The notes under the pieces: generated by a model
Told to the model about the DNA's origin: nothing
The model's input: only the letters and a program-made list of their open reading frames with translations
Database searches by the model: none
Made by a program: the position numbers and the translations under genes
From: an uncultured delta proteobacterium
GTDB taxonomy: Bacteria > Myxococcota_A > UBA9160 > UBA4427
NCBI GenBank assembly: GCA_963822965.1
Contig: CAWGJT010000005.1
Coordinates: forward strand, 672,001-736,000
Direction: 5' to 3'
Length of the DNA: 64,000 nucleotides
Part shown: positions 61,006 through 64,000 of the stretch, in pieces
How positions within the stretch are numbered: position 1 is the stretch's first letter
Layout of the letters: every line of letters starts with the position of its first letter

Positions 61006-61852
61006 CGAAGCCGGATCCACCCGAGCCCCGGCGACCCGGGCGCCGCGTCCCGGACGAGGCGGCCTGTCTGGGCTCGTGCTGGCGGCCATCTGCGCCGCCC
61101 TCCCCGCCCGGGCCGCCGCACCGGACCGCGACCCGCAGCAGCTCCTCCGGCAGGCCTTCACGAACCAGTACGAGGTGGACACGACGGCGACCATCGACCT
61201 CGTGATCCGCAGCGCCGCGGGAGAGGAGCGGCGGCGCACCTTCGACGCCGCGTCGAAGATCATCGGCGGTCGCATGCACTCGATCGGTCGCCTCACCCAT
61301 CCCGAGCACCTGCGCGGCATGACCATCCTGCAGATCGAAGCGCCGGATCGAAGCCACGACGCCTTCGTCTACCTGCCCTCGATGCAATCCGTGCGAAGGA
61401 TCTCCACCGCGCAACGGGGGGACGCATTCTTCGGCACCGACGTCACCTACGAAGATCTGGAACGACGCCACCCCGAGGACTACGAGGTGGTCGGAGTCGA
61501 GGCCGGCTCGGTCGACGGAGAGGAGGCCGACTGCGTCCGCGCGCGACCCCGCCTGCCGCACTCCTACCACGAGGTGCACTTCTGGATCGCACGAGCCGAC
61601 CACGTCCTGCTGCGGGCGGACTTCTTCAAGCGAGGCACCGACCGGCCCTATCGCCGGATCGTCGCCCCGCGCCAGGGAATGCGCACGGGCGGCGAGCACA
61701 CCCTCCCGACCCGGCTCACGGTCCACAACTTCGCCCGGGGCACCACCACCCGGGTGAGCTACCGCCGGCTCCGCATCGGCGCGACCATCGACGACCGCCT
61801 CTTCTCGATCCGGACCCTCGAGCAACGCGCGCGGATCCCCGGAGCGAGGTGA
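60998..61852 (+). CDS. Outer-membrane lipoprotein-sorting (LolA-like) periplasmic protein
   Basis: Signal peptide, P..LRG...L, FVYLPS...VRRI and FFGTD.TYEDL. Overlaps the MMPL fusion gene by 8 bp. Confidence 0.85.
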   Translation: MCDEAGSTRAPATRAPRPGRGGLSGLVLAAICAALPARAAAPDRDPQQLLRQAFTNQYEVDTTATIDLVIRSAAGEERRRTFDAASKIIGGRMHSIGRLTHPEHLRGMTILQIEAPDRSHDAFVYLPSMQSVRRISTAQRGDAFFGTDVTYEDLERRHPEDYEVVGVEAGSVDGEEADCVRARPRLPHSYHEVHFWIARADHVLLRADFFKRGTDRPYRRIVAPRQGMRTGGEHTLPTRLTVHNFARGTTTRVSYRRLRIGATIDDRLFSIRTLEQRARIPGAR

Positions 61853-61878
61853 GGCGGACGGGCCTGCCTCGGCGGGAA

Positions 61879-62595
61879 TCAGGAGAAGGGGGCGCCGGCG
61901 TCTCGCAGGCGCGCGAGGCCGAGGGCCTCCTCCTCGTCCTGCGGCTCGCCCTCGGACAGCGCCCGCAGCCACAGCCAGGCGAAGCGGAACGAGAGGGTGA
62001 TGCGCCACTGCAAGGCGCGCACCTGCCGCAGCACCGTCCCACGCGCGCGTGTGGCCAGGCAGGCGAGCAGCTCCAGTGCGACGTCCGGCTGCTCGGCCTT
62101 GGCGTAGAGCCGCGCGAGGTCGAGCACGACGTGGGCATCCCAGGGCTCGATGGCCCGGGCCCGGCTGAGCAGCGCGATGGCCTGAGCCCGGGTGCTGGCA
62201 CCGCCGAAGTGCATGCGCCCATCGATCAGGGTCTCGAAGGCCGCGTCCTCTCGCCCCAGCTTGATCTGGAGCTCCGCGCAAAGACGCCAGGCCTCGAACT
62301 CCCAGGGGACGAAGCGGCAGGCCTCGCGATAGACCACCAGACACTCGTCCCAGCGCCTGTCCAGCGCGAAGTCCCGGGCAGCCCGGCGGTAGAGCTGCCA
62401 GGCCTCGAAGCCCTCGCCCCGGCGCGCCAGCATGGGCGCCACCCGCAGCGCCACGTCGGCGTTGTGGGGATCCTCGAGCAGGATGCGGCGATAGAGCGAG
62501 ACGGCGCGGCGCTCGCGGCCGCGATTGCGGGCGCGATGCGCCTCGTTGAGAAGACGGTGGCTCCGGCCCCTCGGCTCCCGTGCGACTTTCGACAT
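61879..62595 (-). CDS. TPR-like repeat protein
   Basis: Helical repeats (A..LY..IL..DP; Y..A....P.....W...AEL..KLG; A..LL..A..IEP.D..V...LA.LY). GGAGGAG RBS. Confidence 0.7.
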   Translation of the reverse strand: MSKVAREPRGRSHRLLNEAHRARNRGRERRAVSLYRRILLEDPHNADVALRVAPMLARRGEGFEAWQLYRRAARDFALDRRWDECLVVYREACRFVPWEFEAWRLCAELQIKLGREDAAFETLIDGRMHFGGASTRAQAIALLSRARAIEPWDAHVVLDLARLYAKAEQPDVALELLACLATRARGTVLRQVRALQWRITLSFRFAWLWLRALSEGEPQDEEEALGLARLRDAGAPFS

Positions 62596-62727
62596 CGACT
62601 GCACTCCTCCCACGAATCGACCGACCGATTCGCAGAGAGGAGATCGGCGGGCCGGCGCACCGGACGAGTGACCCCGGTCACCCGGGGCGGGAACGCCCCG
62701 CAGGCGCGCCGATCGGTGCCGGCCCGG

Positions 62728-63852
62728 TCAGTCGCCGAACTCCCGATCGCTCACACGGTGACAGCCGCTCTGCCCGCAGTTCTGGTCCTGGGGAAGTCCG
62801 TTGTGTCGATCCACGCCGCGCTTGTAGTCGTTCGCATGACAGCCCGCGCAGTACGGGATGTAGCTGGGAGACTCCCAGGTGACCGTCTCCGAGTTGCCCC
62901 CGTGGCAATCCCTGCAGGTGAGGTTGGCGCGGTGATCCCCCGGATAGTTCGCCGACATGTGCCGGAAGGTGTCCGGCCGCCAGGCGGCCGTGGTGTGGCA
63001 GTAGTCGCACTCCTGCATGCTCATGAAGTGGCCGTTCGGCGTGCCGGTCGCCTGCGTGCCGTTGTGGCAGCTCGAGCACGGCTCCGTCACACCCGTGTGA
63101 TCGAAGCTGGCGGGCCTCCAGGCCCGGGTCGAGTGACAGGCGTCGCACTCGAGGCTCGTCGTCACGTGTCCGTTCGGCTTGCCGGTGGCCCGCATGCCGT
63201 TGTGGCAGTTCGAGCAGGGCTCCGTCACGCCGGAGTGGTCGAAGCTCGCGGGGGTCCAGGCCCGCGTCGAGTGACAGACGTCGCACTCGGCGGTGGTCGT
63301 GACGTGATCCATGGGCTTGCCCGTGGCTTCCATGCCGTTGTGGCAGTTCGAGCATGGCTCGGTCACCCCGGAGTGGTCGAAGCGGATGGAGTCCCACGCG
63401 AAGGTGTTGTGGCAGGAGTCGCAGTCGGCGGTGGTCGCGATGTGGTCCATCGGCTTGCCCCCCGCCTGCACGCCGTTGTGGCAGCCCATGCAGCTCCCGC
63501 TCACCGCCGAATGGTCCATGCGGACCTCGCCCCAGGAGAAGCTGAGATGGCAGTCCTCGCAGCGGTTCGAGCTCTGGATGTGGTCGAGGGGCTTGCCGCT
63601 CTCGGCGCGCGTCCCCGAGCCGTCGTGGCAGAAGGAGCACTCCGTCGGCGTCCCCCGGAAGACGCCCATGCCGTGGCAGCCCTCGCAGGGTACGCCCTCG
63701 TGGGCGCCGGTGAGGACGAAGCGCGTGGCCGTGTGGTCGAAGGAGGGCTCGGGATCCTCGGCGGCGGCGGGCCCGCACACGCCCAACGAGATCCATCCGA
63801 TCGTGAGCCAGACCGCCGCGGCGGCCCGACCTGCTGCGAGGCAACGTCTCAT
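62728..63852 (-). CDS. Exported multiheme c-type cytochrome (13 CxxCH + 1 CxxxxCH)
   Basis: Signal peptide; CEGCH, CSFCH, CEDCH, CMGCH, CDSCH, CSNCH, CDVCH, CSNCH, CDACH, CSSCH, CDYCH, CRDCH, CAGCH and CGQSGCH. Confidence 0.92.
   Translation of the reverse strand: MRRCLAAGRAAAAVWLTIGWISLGVCGPAAAEDPEPSFDHTATRFVLTGAHEGVPCEGCHGMGVFRGTPTECSFCHDGSGTRAESGKPLDHIQSSNRCEDCHLSFSWGEVRMDHSAVSGSCMGCHNGVQAGGKPMDHIATTADCDSCHNTFAWDSIRFDHSGVTEPCSNCHNGMEATGKPMDHVTTTAECDVCHSTRAWTPASFDHSGVTEPCSNCHNGMRATGKPNGHVTTSLECDACHSTRAWRPASFDHTGVTEPCSSCHNGTQATGTPNGHFMSMQECDYCHTTAAWRPDTFRHMSANYPGDHRANLTCRDCHGGNSETVTWESPSYIPYCAGCHANDYKRGVDRHNGLPQDQNCGQSGCHRVSDREFGD
62968..63519 (-). repeat. Four tandem 138-bp (46-aa) di-heme repeats inside the cytochrome gene
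   Basis: Units (F/M)DHxxVxxxCxxCHNGxxAxGxPxxHxxxxxxCDxCHxTxAW begin exactly 138 bp apart (63519, 63381, 63243, 63105). Confidence 0.88.
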
Positions 63853-64000
63853 CGCTCGAACCTCCGCTCGATCTTCTTCCAGGAGCTGTCCACGTGGCAG
63901 CGCTCGCAGTCCCGCCCGAACGCGTCGTCGTGGGGCGAGTCGCTCAGGTGGCAGGCGTCGCAACGCGACGAGACCTCGAGGGCGCCGCGGGTCGAAGCCT
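63849..64000 (-). CDS. 3' end of another multiheme cytochrome c (gene begins beyond the right edge)
   Basis: Manual translation ...SSRCDACHLSDSPHDDAFGRDCERCHVDSSWKKIERRFER*. ATGA overlap with the next cytochrome gene. Confidence 0.85.
   Translation of the reverse strand, partial: ASTRGALEVSSRCDACHLSDSPHDDAFGRDCERCHVDSSWKKIERRFER

Overview
A 64-kb, very GC-rich bacterial chromosomal segment. The gene content (PEP-CTERM protein, MMPL/LolA-like/DUF1302 lipid-transport genes, VKOR-DsbA fusion, multiheme cytochromes, many lipid hydrolases) suggests a Myxococcota/deltaproteobacterial-like organism, but this is inference only. About 50 genes are recognisable. I saw no rRNA, tRNA, CRISPR array or mobile element. 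Several genes carry 1-nt indels, most densely an AcrB-type gene at 11.4-14.5 kb, which looks like long-read consensus error. The main observations are: (1) an operon at 55.0-61.9 kb encoding a degenerate NtrC-like regulator, a 1534-aa MMPL/RND transporter fused in frame to PDZ-like, membrane-sensor, GAF and pseudo-histidine-kinase domains, and a LolA-like carrier, preceded by four phased 10-bp repeats; this is a candidate phosphorylation-independent lipid 'transceptor'; (2) two paralogous stand-alone 7-TM proteins with GPCR-like topology, conserved mainly on the cytoplasmic face, one co-transcribed with a small soluble protein; (3) sigma28/FliA-like promoters in front of both 7-TM loci, the cheY/cheX-like pair and other unknown genes; (4) a surface-protein cluster with three different C-terminal sorting signals, including a ~2040-aa PASTA-repeat metalloprotease and a protein with an embedded Flp-pilin helix; (5) a 14-heme cytochrome built from 138-bp repeats. 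All family assignments come from motif recognition by eye; no searches were run.
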